DNA of 64,000 nt from assembly GCA_965204735.1 (NCBI GenBank), contig OZ242008.1:2176001-2240000 (forward strand), given 5' to 3'. Origin of the DNA: Longimicrobiales bacterium. Lineage in GTDB: Bacteria; Gemmatimonadota; Gemmatimonadetes; Longimicrobiales; Gaopeijiaceae. The notes beneath the pieces are model-generated. The model was given only the letters and a program-made list of their open reading frames with translations, was not told where the DNA came from and did no database searches. The stretch's first letter is position 1. The number at the start of each line of letters is the position of its first letter. Below, piece by piece: positions 46,456 to 56,355 of this stretch. The translations under genes and the position numbers were made by a program.

Positions 46456-48030
46456 GTGAGCACCAGGCGTGGAGACCACGATCTCCTGAGGATGAAGACC
46501 AAGATCGCCCTGGCGGTGGCCGTGGCGTTCCTGAGCGGGATCGGACTGGCGGCCCAGTTCGGCTTCATGGACTCGCGGGACGCCCCCGCGGCCGCCCTCG
46601 TGGAAACCCAGCCGCAGCTTGCCGCGGCGGCGGTCCGGCCCGCCCTGGACCTGAGCGACGCCTTCGTGGCGATCGCCGACGCGGTCACGCCGTCGGTGGT
46701 GCGGATCGAGGCCCGCCGGCGGCAGCAGGCGTCTCGCCGCATGTCGCTGGACGACTTCTTCCGGGGCCGGCCGGACCCGGGCCGGAGCGAGCTGGTGACC
46801 GCGGGCGGCAGCGGGTTCGTGGTCACCGAGGACGGCTACGTGATGACCAACAACCACGTCGTCTCGGAGGCGGAGGAGATCAGCGTGATCCTGCGCGACG
46901 GACGCAACTTGGACGCCGAGCTGGTGGGGGCCGACCCGACCACCGACGTGGCCGTGATCAAGATCGACGGCCCGAACCTTGCGCCGGCGTCCCTGGGCTC
47001 CTCCGCCGAGGTGCGGGTCGGCGAGTGGGTGCTGGCGATCGGCAACCCGGGCCTGGGGCCCAGCGCAACCCCGACCGGCAACTCGCTGGACTACACCGTC
47101 ACGGCGGGGATCGTCTCGGCCCGGGGACGAAGCCTGGACCTGATCGGTCGGGAGCTGCGCGAGGACGAGCCCGACGGACAGCTGGCCGGCTTCGCCATCG
47201 AGGACTTCATCCAGACCGACGCGGTGATCAACCCCGGCAACTCGGGGGGACCGATGGTCAACCTCCGGGGACAGGTGATCGGGATCAACGCGGCGCTGGC
47301 CAGCCGCACGGGCTACTACGTCGGCTACGGCTTCGCGATTCCCATAGACCTGGCCCACCGGATCATGGACGACCTGGTGGCGTACGGGCGGGTGCGAAGG
47401 GCCTACCTGGGCGTGCGCATGGCGCCGGTGACGGACGTGGACGCCGAGGTGTACGGCCTGCCCGAGATCGCCGGGGCGCTGGTGCAGGGAGTCGAGGACG
47501 ACACTCCCGCGGCAGAGGCGGGCTTGGCCCAGGAGGACGTGATCACCGCCGTGGACGGAGCGCCGGTCCGCACGAGCAACGACCTGCAGCACAAGATCGC
47601 GCTGCGGGCGCCCGGCGACCGGGTGCGGATCACGATCTATCGCGACGGCTCTCCGCGGGACGTGACGGTCCGGCTGGCCGAGGCGCCGTTCTCCGAGGAG
47701 GCCGAGGAGTCGTATCCGGAGCCCGAGAGCCGGACCGCCGACAAGCTGGGAATCGAGGTCGCCGAGGTCACCCCGCGGATCGCCGACGCCATGCAGCTCG
47801 AGAACGCGGACGGGGTCTTGGTCACCGACGTCGAGCGGGGCGGACCGGCGGACCGGCGCGGAATCCGCCCCCGGTCGTGCGTGATCCGCGAGATCAACCG
47901 CCGCCCGGTGAACGACCCCGGCGACGTGGAAGAGGCCTTGCGGGACGTGGGTTCCGGCGAAGTGGTGTCCGTCCTGGCCCGGTGCGGCTCAGGCGACCCC
48001 AGCGTCGTGAACATGCGGACCCGCCGGTAG
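46456..48030 (+). CDS. degP: HtrA/DegP (Do-family) serine protease with two PDZ domains
   Basis: GSGF, TNNHV, TDVAVIK, IQTDAVINPGNSGGP and two PDZ domains. Alternative ATG at 46492. Confidence 0.93.
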   Translation: MSTRRGDHDLLRMKTKIALAVAVAFLSGIGLAAQFGFMDSRDAPAAALVETQPQLAAAAVRPALDLSDAFVAIADAVTPSVVRIEARRRQQASRRMSLDDFFRGRPDPGRSELVTAGGSGFVVTEDGYVMTNNHVVSEAEEISVILRDGRNLDAELVGADPTTDVAVIKIDGPNLAPASLGSSAEVRVGEWVLAIGNPGLGPSATPTGNSLDYTVTAGIVSARGRSLDLIGRELREDEPDGQLAGFAIEDFIQTDAVINPGNSGGPMVNLRGQVIGINAALASRTGYYVGYGFAIPIDLAHRIMDDLVAYGRVRRAYLGVRMAPVTDVDAEVYGLPEIAGALVQGVEDDTPAAEAGLAQEDVITAVDGAPVRTSNDLQHKIALRAPGDRVRITIYRDGSPRDVTVRLAEAPFSEEAEESYPEPESRTADKLGIEVAEVTPRIADAMQLENADGVLVTDVERGGPADRRGIRPRSCVIREINRRPVNDPGDVEEALRDVGSGEVVSVLARCGSGDPSVVNMRTRR

Positions 48031-48185
48031 GGGGCGGACCGCCGGCGCCCCGGCGGCCGGAAGTGGTCCGGCCACCGGCTTGGCGGCAGCCGGCCGCTGG
48101 GACGGAGAAGCGGCCGGTCGCCGGGGCGGGCCAGCCGTTGAGGGGTCCCGTGCAAGCGGGATTCCTCGTCTTCCATTATTCTAAT

Positions 48186-48237
48186 GTTCGTTGCGGAGCC
48201 GATGCTCGTTCGTTGCGGAGCCGATGCTCGTTGCGGA
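48186..48237. repeat. 22-nt tandem repeat upstream of tRNA-Leu
   Basis: GTTCGTTGCGGAGCCGATGCTC x2 plus partial GTTGCGGA. Confidence 0.8.
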
Positions 48238-48284
48238 ACTCACAATGCCGGCGGGAGGTTGCCGACTCCGGCGTTCATGACGGA

Positions 48285-48367
48285 GCGAAAGTGGCGGAAC
48301 TGGTAGACGCGCAAGATTTAGGATCTTGTGGCCCTTGGCCGTGGGGGTTCGAGTCCCCCCTTTCGCA
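48285..48367 (+). tRNA. tRNA-Leu (anticodon TAG)
   Basis: Acceptor GCGAAAG/CTTTCGC-A, D-loop GAACTGGTAGAC, anticodon arm CAAGA-TTTAGGA-TCTTG, long variable arm, T-arm GGGGG-TTCGAGT-CCCCC. CCA is not encoded. Confidence 0.97.
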
Positions 48368-48418
48368 CTGGGCGTGCGCCCTGCGGAGCCGGCCGTGACG
48401 ATCATCGACTTGAGGCGG

Positions 48419-49723
48419 ATGACGCCCGTGGACGCGAAGCGGCTCCAGGCGACCGTGACCGAAGCCGAGCACTGCATGCGCTTCCTGGACGTGGTCGTCC
48501 CGGCCGACTTGGCCGACGCCGCCAGGCGATCCACGTCCCAAAAGCTGGCCGGACGGGTGCGGATCAAGGGCTTTCGGGACGGCAAGGTGCCGACCGGGCT
48601 CGTGAACCAGCGGTTCGGGACCCTGGTGCTGGAGGAGGCGATGGACAAGCTGGTCCGGGCCTCCGCCCTGGCGGTCATCAAGTCCCGGGGGCTGAAGCCG
48701 ATCTCCCCCGTCGAGGTCGACGTCGTGGAGTGCGACGCGGAAGGGCCGGTGACCTTCAAGGCGTCCTTCGAGGTGGCGCCCGAGGTCGAGATCAAGCGCG
48801 TCGGCGGGTTCGTCGTGCCGCCTCCGCCGGGCATGCCCCCGCTCAACGGCGAGGTCGAGCGCCAGATGGAGCGCCTGAGGCACGAGCTTGCGCCGTTGCG
48901 GCAAGTCGATTCCAACGACGAGCCGCCTCGGGTTGGGGACGTGGTGAGCGTCGTCGTGGCGCACGCGGGCGAGGAAGAGGGCGGAAGCGGCAAGGAAGAG
49001 GACGAGGGAGGCCGGTCGTACAGCTTCATCCTCGGCAGCGACCAAGCCCTTCCAGGCGTCCAGGACGCCATTCGGACGCTCACCGTCGGCCAGGAGGGCG
49101 AGTTCGACGTGGAGTTCCCCGGAGAGGAGGCAGGGGCGCCGGGCGAGACCAGGAGGCTCCGGATCCGGTTGATCGCGAGGCGCGTCCGGGAAGTGCCGGA
49201 GCTGAACGACGACTTCGCCCGCGGCATGGACTACGAGACGGTGGACGAGCTGAGGAAGGCGGTCCGGGAGTCCTTGGAAGAGTTCCATCAGGAAAAGCTG
49301 GACGAGAGCCGCGACATGCAGCTCGTCCGCATGCTCGTGGAAGCCAACGACTTCGACGTGCCCGCGTCTCTGGTGGACCAGGTCGCCGACGCCATCATCG
49401 ACGGGATCGTCGAGGACAGCGGCGGCAAGCCGGACGACGCGTCCCCGGAGGATCGGGCGAGGCTCAAGGAAGAGCTGAGGGAGCAAGCCGAGTTCACGGC
49501 CAAGCGCGATCTTCTCCTGGACCGGTTGGCCGAGGACCACGGGCTCGAGGCGTCGGAGGAAGACGTGGACGCCAAGATCGAGGCGATCGCCGAGCGCGCC
49601 CAGCAGTCCCCGGCCGACGTCTACTCCGCGCTTCAGCGCGCCGGCAACCTCGACGCCATTCAGCAGCAGTTGACGGCCCGGAACGTTCGAGACTTCCTCC
49701 GGCGGCAGTCGGGACTCCATTGA
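48419..49723 (+). CDS. tig: Trigger factor
   Basis: [10 protein letters not shown] ribosome-binding signature, FKBP-like domain, VPELNDDFA, position before clpP. Start approximate. Confidence 0.92.
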   Translation: MTPVDAKRLQATVTEAEHCMRFLDVVVPADLADAARRSTSQKLAGRVRIKGFRDGKVPTGLVNQRFGTLVLEEAMDKLVRASALAVIKSRGLKPISPVEVDVVECDAEGPVTFKASFEVAPEVEIKRVGGFVVPPPPGMPPLNGEVERQMERLRHELAPLRQVDSNDEPPRVGDVVSVVVAHAGEEEGGSGKEEDEGGRSYSFILGSDQALPGVQDAIRTLTVGQEGEFDVEFPGEEAGAPGETRRLRIRLIARRVREVPELNDDFARGMDYETVDELRKAVRESLEEFHQEKLDESRDMQLVRMLVEANDFDVPASLVDQVADAIIDGIVEDSGGKPDDASPEDRARLKEELREQAEFTAKRDLLLDRLAEDHGLEASEEDVDAKIEAIAERAQQSPADVYSALQRAGNLDAIQQQLTARNVRDFLRRQSGLH

Positions 49724-49779
49724 ACGGGGACCCAACGACCGCCCATCGGTCGCCCACACGCCAAGGAGAACGCCCCCGG

Positions 49780-50412
49780 ATGGCCATCTTCCCGCCCTAC
49801 GTGATCGAACGGACGAGCAGAGGCGAGCGCAGCTACGACATCTTCAGCCGCCTCCTCATGGACCGGATCGTGTTCCTGGGCAGCGAGATCAACGACCAAG
49901 TAGCGAACATCGTCATCGCCCAGCTGCTCTTTCTGGACGCCGACGACCCCGGGCGGGAGGTCTTTCTCTACATCAACTCGCCGGGCGGCGGCGTCTACTC
50001 CGGGCTGGCGATCTACGACACGATCAACCACTTGCGGGCGCCCGTGTCCACCTACTGCGTGGGCATGGCGGCCTCCATGGGCGCCGTCCTCCTCTCTGCG
50101 GGGCAGGAGGGCAAGCGGAACGCGCTGCCCAACTCGCGGATCATGCTGCACCAGCCGTCGTCCGGCTACCGGGGGACCGCGGCGGACATCGAGATCGCGG
50201 CGAACGAGGTGCTGAGCACGCGGGAGCGCCTCAACCGCATCCTGGCGGAGACGACGGGACAAGAGATCGAGAAGATCGCCGCCGACGTGGACCGGGATCG
50301 GTGGATGAGCGCCGAGGAAGCCGTGGAGTACGGCTTGGTGGACCAAGTGCTGACGAAGGACGAGGGCGAGGCGGGCGACGGCGACGACGACGGCCCAAAG
50401 GGCCGCGGGTAG
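49780..50412 (+). CDS. clpP: ATP-dependent Clp protease proteolytic subunit
   Basis: [47 protein letters not shown]. Confidence 0.98.
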   Translation: MAIFPPYVIERTSRGERSYDIFSRLLMDRIVFLGSEINDQVANIVIAQLLFLDADDPGREVFLYINSPGGGVYSGLAIYDTINHLRAPVSTYCVGMAASMGAVLLSAGQEGKRNALPNSRIMLHQPSSGYRGTAADIEIAANEVLSTRERLNRILAETTGQEIEKIAADVDRDRWMSAEEAVEYGLVDQVLTKDEGEAGDGDDDGPKGRG

Positions 50413-50421
50413 GGGGCGCCG

Positions 50422-51660
50422 ATGTCGGACAAGCACCTGCGCTGCAGCTTCTGCGGCAAGTCCAAGGAGTCGGTGAAGAAGTTCATCTCCGGGCCTTCGG
50501 TCTACATCTGCAACGAGTGCGTCTCCCTGTGCAACGAGATCCTCGCCGAGGAGGAAGAGCGGGAGAGCCGGGAAAAGGCCGCCAGCAGCCTGGTCCCCGA
50601 GGAGATCAAGGAGATCCTCGACGAGTACGTGATCGGCCAGGAGCAGGCGAAGCGGTCGCTCTCGGTGGCGGTGTACAACCACTACAAGCGCGTGCACCGG
50701 CAAGGGATCCTGGACAACGTCGAGATCGACAAGTCGAACGTGCTTCTGGTGGGCCCCACAGGAGTGGGCAAGACTCTGCTGGCCCAGACCCTGGCGCGCA
50801 CGCTTCAGGTCCCCTTCACCATCGCCGACGCCACCACCTTGACCGAGGCCGGCTACGTGGGCGAGGACGTGGAGAACATCCTCGTGCGGCTTCTGCAGGC
50901 CAGCGACTTCAACTTGTCGGACTGCGAGCAGGGGATCGTCTACATCGACGAGCTGGACAAGATCGCCCGCAAGTCCGAGAACCGGTCGATCACGCGAGAC
51001 GTGTCCGGCGAGGGCGTGCAGCAGGCGCTGCTGAAGATCCTCGAAGGAACGGTGGCCAACGTGCCGCCCCAGGGCGGGCGGAAGCATCCGCAGCAGGAGT
51101 ACTTCCAGATCGACACGAAGAACATCCTCTTCATCTGCGGGGGCGCCTTCGAGGGACTGGACAAGATCATCGAGCGGCGGATCGGCAAGCGTCAGATCGG
51201 CTTCGGCGACGAGGAGCAGGGCGTCCCGAAGGAGATGGAGGGGAACCCCATCAACCACCTCGAGCCGGAGGACCTGCAGCGGTTCGGGCTGATTCCCGAG
51301 CTGGTGGGCAGGCTGCCGGTGACGGTGGGGCTGGAGAAGCTGGACCAGGACGCTCTGGTGCGCATCCTCCAGGAGCCGAAGAACTCGCTGGTCAAGCAGT
51401 ACCAGAAGGTGTTCGAGATGGACGGGTCCGGCCTCACCTTCGATCCGGCCGCCCTGCAGGAGATCGCGCGACGCTGCCTGGACCGGGGCACCGGCGCCCG
51501 GGGGCTGCGGGCGGTGATGGAGCGGGTCATGCGGGACGTGATGTTCGAGCTGCCGTCGCGGGACGACGTGCGCGAGGTCGTGGTCACGCCCGAGAGCGTC
51601 GCCGGAAACGTGCCGCCGCTGCTGGTCCTGCGGCCCGACGCCCGCAGGAAGGAAGCCTGA
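50422..51660 (+). CDS. clpX: Clp protease ATP-binding subunit ClpX
   Basis: CSFCGK zinc finger, [31 protein letters not shown] loop, GARGLR. Confidence 0.99.
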   Translation: MSDKHLRCSFCGKSKESVKKFISGPSVYICNECVSLCNEILAEEEERESREKAASSLVPEEIKEILDEYVIGQEQAKRSLSVAVYNHYKRVHRQGILDNVEIDKSNVLLVGPTGVGKTLLAQTLARTLQVPFTIADATTLTEAGYVGEDVENILVRLLQASDFNLSDCEQGIVYIDELDKIARKSENRSITRDVSGEGVQQALLKILEGTVANVPPQGGRKHPQQEYFQIDTKNILFICGGAFEGLDKIIERRIGKRQIGFGDEEQGVPKEMEGNPINHLEPEDLQRFGLIPELVGRLPVTVGLEKLDQDALVRILQEPKNSLVKQYQKVFEMDGSGLTFDPAALQEIARRCLDRGTGARGLRAVMERVMRDVMFELPSRDDVREVVVTPESVAGNVPPLLVLRPDARRKEA

Positions 51661-51679
51661 TCGGCGCGGCGCCCCGCCG

Positions 51680-54163
51680 ATGGCCACGCTCCACAGGGTA
51701 GACGGCTCCTTCGACATTCCCGACGCGCTTCCGTTCATCGCGCTTCGCGACCTGGTCTACTTCCCCTACATGGTCGTGCCCCTGCTCGTCGGACGGCCTC
51801 CGTCGGTGGCGGCGCTGGAGGATGCCGAGGCCGGCGACGGTCTCGCGCTCCTCGTGGCCCAGCGGGATCCGGCGGTGGACGCCCCCGGGCCGGAAGACCT
51901 CTTCCAGGCGGGCACGGTGATTCGGGTCCTGCGGTCGTCCAGGCTGGCCGACGGGACGGCGCGCGTGGTCATGGAGGGGTTGGGGCGGGCCGCCGTGGAG
52001 CGCTGGCCGGAGGAGGGGGACGACTCGGGGCGTCGCGCCGGCGTGCGGCTGCTGTCGTCGTGGGAGAGGGAGAGGGAGGAGGAGCGCGTCGCCGCGAGCG
52101 GCGTAGCCGAGCTGGGCGCGCTGGTCGAGGACGTGGAGCGCGCCTTCCGCAAGTACGTGCAGATGTCGGAGAACGTCCCGGACCAGGTCGCGGAGCTGGT
52201 GGCGGCGGACTCGGACCGGGTGCGCCGGTCCCTTCTGATGGCGGGACACCTGCTGGTGGGCACCGCCGAGAAGCAGGAGCTCCTCGAGACCCGCGACTGG
52301 GAGGCGCGGTACCGGGTCCTGCGCGAGATCCTGGTTCGGGAGAACGAGATACTGCGGGTCCACGCCAAGCTGGACGCCGAGATCGGCTTCAGGCTGGAAG
52401 GGGGAGCGGGGCGGCACCCCCTGGACGATCCGCTGAGCGCTCTGCGGCGTCCGGCCCCCGACGCGGACCCGGAGTGGGCCGAGCTGGAGCGGACGATCGC
52501 GACGACTCCCCTGCCCGCCCACGCCAGGGATCGGGTCGAGAAGGAGTTCAAGCGGCTGAGGAAGCTCAGCTCGGTCGCCCCCGAGGCTTCGGTGATCCGC
52601 GGCTACCTGGACTGGATCCTGGCGCTCCCTTGGGAGGGCGAGACTCGGGACAACCTGGACGTGAAGCACGCGGCGGCAGTGCTGGAGGCGGAGCATCACG
52701 GACTGGAAGAGGTCAAGGAGCGGGTCCTGGACCACATCGCCGTGCTCTCGCTGGTGGGCAAGCTGCAGGGGCCGATCCTTTGCCTCGTGGGGCCGCCGGG
52801 CGTGGGCAAGACGTCGCTGGGCAGGAGCATCGCCCGTTGCCTGGACCGGAAGTTCGTCCGGGTCAGCCTGGGCGGGGTGCGCGACGAGGCCGAGATACGA
52901 GGCCATCGGCGCACCTACGTGGGCGCGCTGCCGGGAAGGGTCTTGCAGGGGATGCGGAAAGGGGGCGCGCGCAACCCGGTGTTCCTTCTGGACGAGGTGG
53001 ACAAGCTCGCCCGCGACTTTCACGGGGACCCCGGGGCGGCGCTCCTGGAGGTGCTGGACCCGGAGCAGAACCGCGCGTTCACGGACCACTACCTGGAGCT
53101 GGAGTTCGACCTGTCGGACGTGCTCTTCGTGGCCACCGCCAACACGCTGGGAGGGATTCCCGGCCCGCTTCGGGACCGGATGGAGGTGATCCGCCTGCCC
53201 GGCTACCTGGACACGGAGAAGCGGACGATCGCACGGCGCTTCATCTGGCCCCGGCAGGTGGAGCGGCACGGCCTGGGGTCTTCCGGCCCCGAGATCACCG
53301 AGGAGGCGGTGCAGGCGGTCGTGACTCGGTACACCCGGGAGGCCGGGGTGCGGGAGCTGGAGAGGCGGCTGTCGCGGATCGCGCGGAAGCTGGCCCGAGG
53401 GGTGGCGGCGAAGGGCGCGGCGGCGGCGCCGAGGGTGATCGAGGAGAAGGACTTGGCGGAGCTGCTCGGTCCCCCGCCCCGCCAACCTCCGAGGCGGGAG
53501 GAAGGCAAGGATCGGTCCGGGATCGCGTGCGGCCTGGCGTGGACGGCGGCGGGCGGCGAAGTGCTGGAGGTGGAGGTGGCGGCGGTGGCGGGCTCGGGGA
53601 AGATCCAGCTGACGGGCACGCTGGGCGACGTGATGAAGGAGTCGGCGTTCGCGGCGGTCACCTACGCCCGCTCCAGGGCGAGGCGGCTGGGGTTGCCGGA
53701 GCAGTTCCACAAGGAGCTGGACCTCCACATCCACATCCCGGAGGGCGCCACGCCCAAGGACGGGCCGTCGGCGGGGATCACGATCGCGGTGGCCCTGATC
53801 TCGGCGCTCACGGACGCGGCGACGCGCGCCGACGTGGCGATGACCGGCGAGATCACCCTGCGGGGCCGGGTGCTGGCCGTGGGCGGGATCAAGGAAAAGG
53901 CCGTGGCGGCGCTTCGCGGGGGGATCAAGCGAGTGCTGCTGCCGGCCGCCAACGCCCTGGAGATCGAGCAGCTTCCAGAAGAGGTCCGGGACGGAGTCGA
54001 GATGGTGCCCCTGGACACGATGGACCAAGTGCTGGGAGAGGCGCTGGCGCGGCCTCGCGGTCGGGGTGCGCGGGAAGCCGCGGCCTCGTCCCGGGCGCGG
54101 GAGGGGTCGGAAGCGGCGACGGGCTTGCCGGGGCCGGGAGGCATGGGTGCTGCCGTCTCGTGA
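51680..54163 (+). CDS. lon: Lon protease (endopeptidase La)
   Basis: Lon-N domain, GPPGVGKTS, IRGHRRTYVG, LLEVLDPEQN, PKDGPSAG, GGIKEK. Confidence 0.97.
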   Translation: MATLHRVDGSFDIPDALPFIALRDLVYFPYMVVPLLVGRPPSVAALEDAEAGDGLALLVAQRDPAVDAPGPEDLFQAGTVIRVLRSSRLADGTARVVMEGLGRAAVERWPEEGDDSGRRAGVRLLSSWEREREEERVAASGVAELGALVEDVERAFRKYVQMSENVPDQVAELVAADSDRVRRSLLMAGHLLVGTAEKQELLETRDWEARYRVLREILVRENEILRVHAKLDAEIGFRLEGGAGRHPLDDPLSALRRPAPDADPEWAELERTIATTPLPAHARDRVEKEFKRLRKLSSVAPEASVIRGYLDWILALPWEGETRDNLDVKHAAAVLEAEHHGLEEVKERVLDHIAVLSLVGKLQGPILCLVGPPGVGKTSLGRSIARCLDRKFVRVSLGGVRDEAEIRGHRRTYVGALPGRVLQGMRKGGARNPVFLLDEVDKLARDFHGDPGAALLEVLDPEQNRAFTDHYLELEFDLSDVLFVATANTLGGIPGPLRDRMEVIRLPGYLDTEKRTIARRFIWPRQVERHGLGSSGPEITEEAVQAVVTRYTREAGVRELERRLSRIARKLARGVAAKGAAAAPRVIEEKDLAELLGPPPRQPPRREEGKDRSGIACGLAWTAAGGEVLEVEVAAVAGSGKIQLTGTLGDVMKESAFAAVTYARSRARRLGLPEQFHKELDLHIHIPEGATPKDGPSAGITIAVALISALTDAATRADVAMTGEITLRGRVLAVGGIKEKAVAALRGGIKRVLLPAANALEIEQLPEEVRDGVEMVPLDTMDQVLGEALARPRGRGAREAAASSRAREGSEAATGLPGPGGMGAAVS

Positions 54164-54211
54164 GGAGCGGACCGGGCGGCCGAGGGGTTCGGCGGCAGGA
54201 GGGGCCGGCTG

Positions 54212-54811
54212 GTGATCGTCCGCACCGTGGAGTTCGCCGGGTCGGTCGTGGCGCCGGGGCAACCGCTGCCGGGCGAGCTGCCGCAGATCGCCTTCGCGGG
54301 ACGCTCCAACGTGGGCAAGTCGTCCCTCGTGAACCGGCTGCTGGGGCGGACGCGACGCGGCGTGGCGCGGGTGTCGGCGTCGCCCGGCAAGACGCAGGCC
54401 CTCAACTTCTACCGGGTCAACGAGGCGTTCTTCCTGGTCGACCTGCCCGGGTCGGGGTACGCCAAGGCGCCCAGCTCCGTTCGCGATCGGTGGCGGCGGC
54501 TGGTCCGGGAGTACTTGGTGGGCAGTCGGTCGCTCAAGGGGGTCGCGTATCTGGTGGATTCCCGCCATCCGCCCACGGCCGGCGACTGCGAGTTCGTCGA
54601 GTACTTGGCGGAGACAGGAGTGCCGACGTTGCTTGTTCTCACGAAGGTGGACAAGTTGAAGCTTCGGCAGCGGGAGGCCGGCCTTGCCGGCCCGGTTGCG
54701 GGTTGCCTCGGCGTCGGAGAGGAGCAGGTCGTGGAGAGTTCGGCTCGAACGGGCGAAGGCGCTGCGGAGCTGCTGGAGGCGATGGAAGCTTTGCTGGAGG
54801 ACGGATCGTGA
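54212..54811 (+). CDS. engB: Ribosome biogenesis GTP-binding protein EngB/YihA/YsxC
   Basis: GRSNVGKSS, PGKTQ, DLPGSGYA, TKVDK. Confidence 0.95.
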   Translation: MIVRTVEFAGSVVAPGQPLPGELPQIAFAGRSNVGKSSLVNRLLGRTRRGVARVSASPGKTQALNFYRVNEAFFLVDLPGSGYAKAPSSVRDRWRRLVREYLVGSRSLKGVAYLVDSRHPPTAGDCEFVEYLAETGVPTLLVLTKVDKLKLRQREAGLAGPVAGCLGVGEEQVVESSARTGEGAAELLEAMEALLEDGS

Positions 54812-55464
54812 GAACGCTGTTGTCGGGCGGGGCGCGCGGAGTCGCGGCGTTTCTCGCGACGGCCCTGCTGGCCGGCTGCTCCCCCGCCCGCCCGCTCGGG
54901 GCGCCCTCCCCCGACGCCTTGGCCCCGGCGCTTGCGTCTCGGCCGGCGGCGGGCGAGGTCGTTGCGGGCCGCTCCGGGTCGCTGCGCCAGGACGAGATCT
55001 CGGTGCGGATGAGGTCGGGCGACCTGCGGATCGAGGTCACCCCCTTGGCCGCTCGCGTCCTGGAGGCGGCGGCGCCGGACGCGCGGCGGCGGCTGGAACG
55101 GATCGCGGCCGCGCACCGGCCGAAGCTGGGCGGAGGCACGCGCGGGGAGGAGCCGATGCTCTTTCTGGTGACGTTCTCGACGGACCGTTCCGCGGCGACC
55201 TTCGAGCCGGGCGACCTGCACATGATCTCGCGAGGGTTGCGGGAGAGGCCGCTGTCCGTGGACCCGATCACGCCCAACTGGGGAGATCGGCGGATCCCTC
55301 AGCGCGGAGCGGCGTTGGCCGTCTACGCCTACCGGAGCGTGGTGGACCTCTCGCGGGAGCTGATCGTGGCGTACCAGGGCGACGAGGACTCTTCGTGGGC
55401 CGGCATCCTTGCGGCGGTCGAGGCGGAGCGCGGACGAACCCCGATCGCCTCGAGGACATCGTGA
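54808..55464 (+). CDS. Hypothetical lipoprotein
   Basis: Lipobox LLAGC, motifs GSLRQDEIS and IEVTPL. GTGA overlaps at both ends. Confidence 0.7.
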   Translation: MRTLLSGGARGVAAFLATALLAGCSPARPLGAPSPDALAPALASRPAAGEVVAGRSGSLRQDEISVRMRSGDLRIEVTPLAARVLEAAAPDARRRLERIAAAHRPKLGGGTRGEEPMLFLVTFSTDRSAATFEPGDLHMISRGLRERPLSVDPITPNWGDRRIPQRGAALAVYAYRSVVDLSRELIVAYQGDEDSSWAGILAAVEAERGRTPIASRTS

Positions 55465-56300
55465 AGCGGCGCGGTGGGCCGGGGGCGGCGCTTGCTGCGG
55501 CAGGCGGGCGGGCGCGTCGCCGGCGCGGTGGGCCGGGAGCGGCACTTGCTGCGGCGGGAGTCGCCGTGGTCGCGGCGGCGGGACCGGCCGAGGCCCAGTG
55601 GAGCACGACAGAGGTTCATTACCAGGGGGGCAGCGCCCTGCGCGATCACCCCGTGAGCCCGACGGGGTTCCAGCACATCCTGACCTTCCAGCATGCCAGC
55701 GGGTGGAGCCGCGGCGAGAACTTCTTCTTCGTGGACATGAGCTGCTGCGAGGGCGCGGGGATCGCGAACCGTGACATCTACGGCGAGTGGTACACCTACC
55801 TGAGCGCGGTCGCCTTCTCCGAAGGAGCGATCCGGAGCGTCGGGCCGATCGGCGGCGTCAACTGGGGCGCCCAGGCCAAGGTGCTCAAGTTCACGCCGGG
55901 AGTGCGGCTGGCCATGAACCTGCCCGGCTTCGCGTTCGCCAACATCGACTACACGTTCGTGGTCGACCGGAGCGCCGGGCTGGAGGACGGCGGGGCGCCC
56001 AAGACCGGCAACAGCCACATCGTGGACTTCAACTGGGCGTTGCCCTTCGATGTCGGCGGCGCGTCGTTCTCCTTGGAGGGCCACGGAGAGTGGCAGAGCG
56101 GCCGGGACGTGGAGACCGGCGAGCGCGCGCCGTACTGGGTGCTGCTCCAGCCTCAGCTTCGATGGGACGTGGGCAAGTCCGTGTCGGGAAGCGAGGGGAG
56201 GATCTTCGTGGGCACCGAGTTCCACGTCTGGCTGAACAAGTACGGCGCCGAGGACGCCGACGAAGTGATCCCCCAGCTGCTGGCGGTGTTCAGGTTCTGA
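55461..56300 (+). CDS. Tsx-like / DUF5020 nucleoside-specific outer-membrane channel
   Basis: Signal AEA-Q, WSTTEVHYQ, LTFQHASGW..GENFFFVD, YGEWY, LLQPQLRWDVG, VGTEF..WLNKYG, terminal F. Confidence 0.85.
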   Translation: MKRRGGPGAALAAAGGRARRRRGGPGAALAAAGVAVVAAAGPAEAQWSTTEVHYQGGSALRDHPVSPTGFQHILTFQHASGWSRGENFFFVDMSCCEGAGIANRDIYGEWYTYLSAVAFSEGAIRSVGPIGGVNWGAQAKVLKFTPGVRLAMNLPGFAFANIDYTFVVDRSAGLEDGGAPKTGNSHIVDFNWALPFDVGGASFSLEGHGEWQSGRDVETGERAPYWVLLQPQLRWDVGKSVSGSEGRIFVGTEFHVWLNKYGAEDADEVIPQLLAVFRF

Positions 56301-56355
56301 CCCCGTCCCTTGTCGACTCCAGCACAGGCTCCAGTGTCTGCTGTGCTAGGCTCGG

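Noticed and set aside
48285..48420. tRNA-Leu as an island integration site
   Set aside because: No integrase or duplicated tRNA 3' end. tRNA-Leu-tig-clpP-clpX-lon is an ordinary conserved arrangement.
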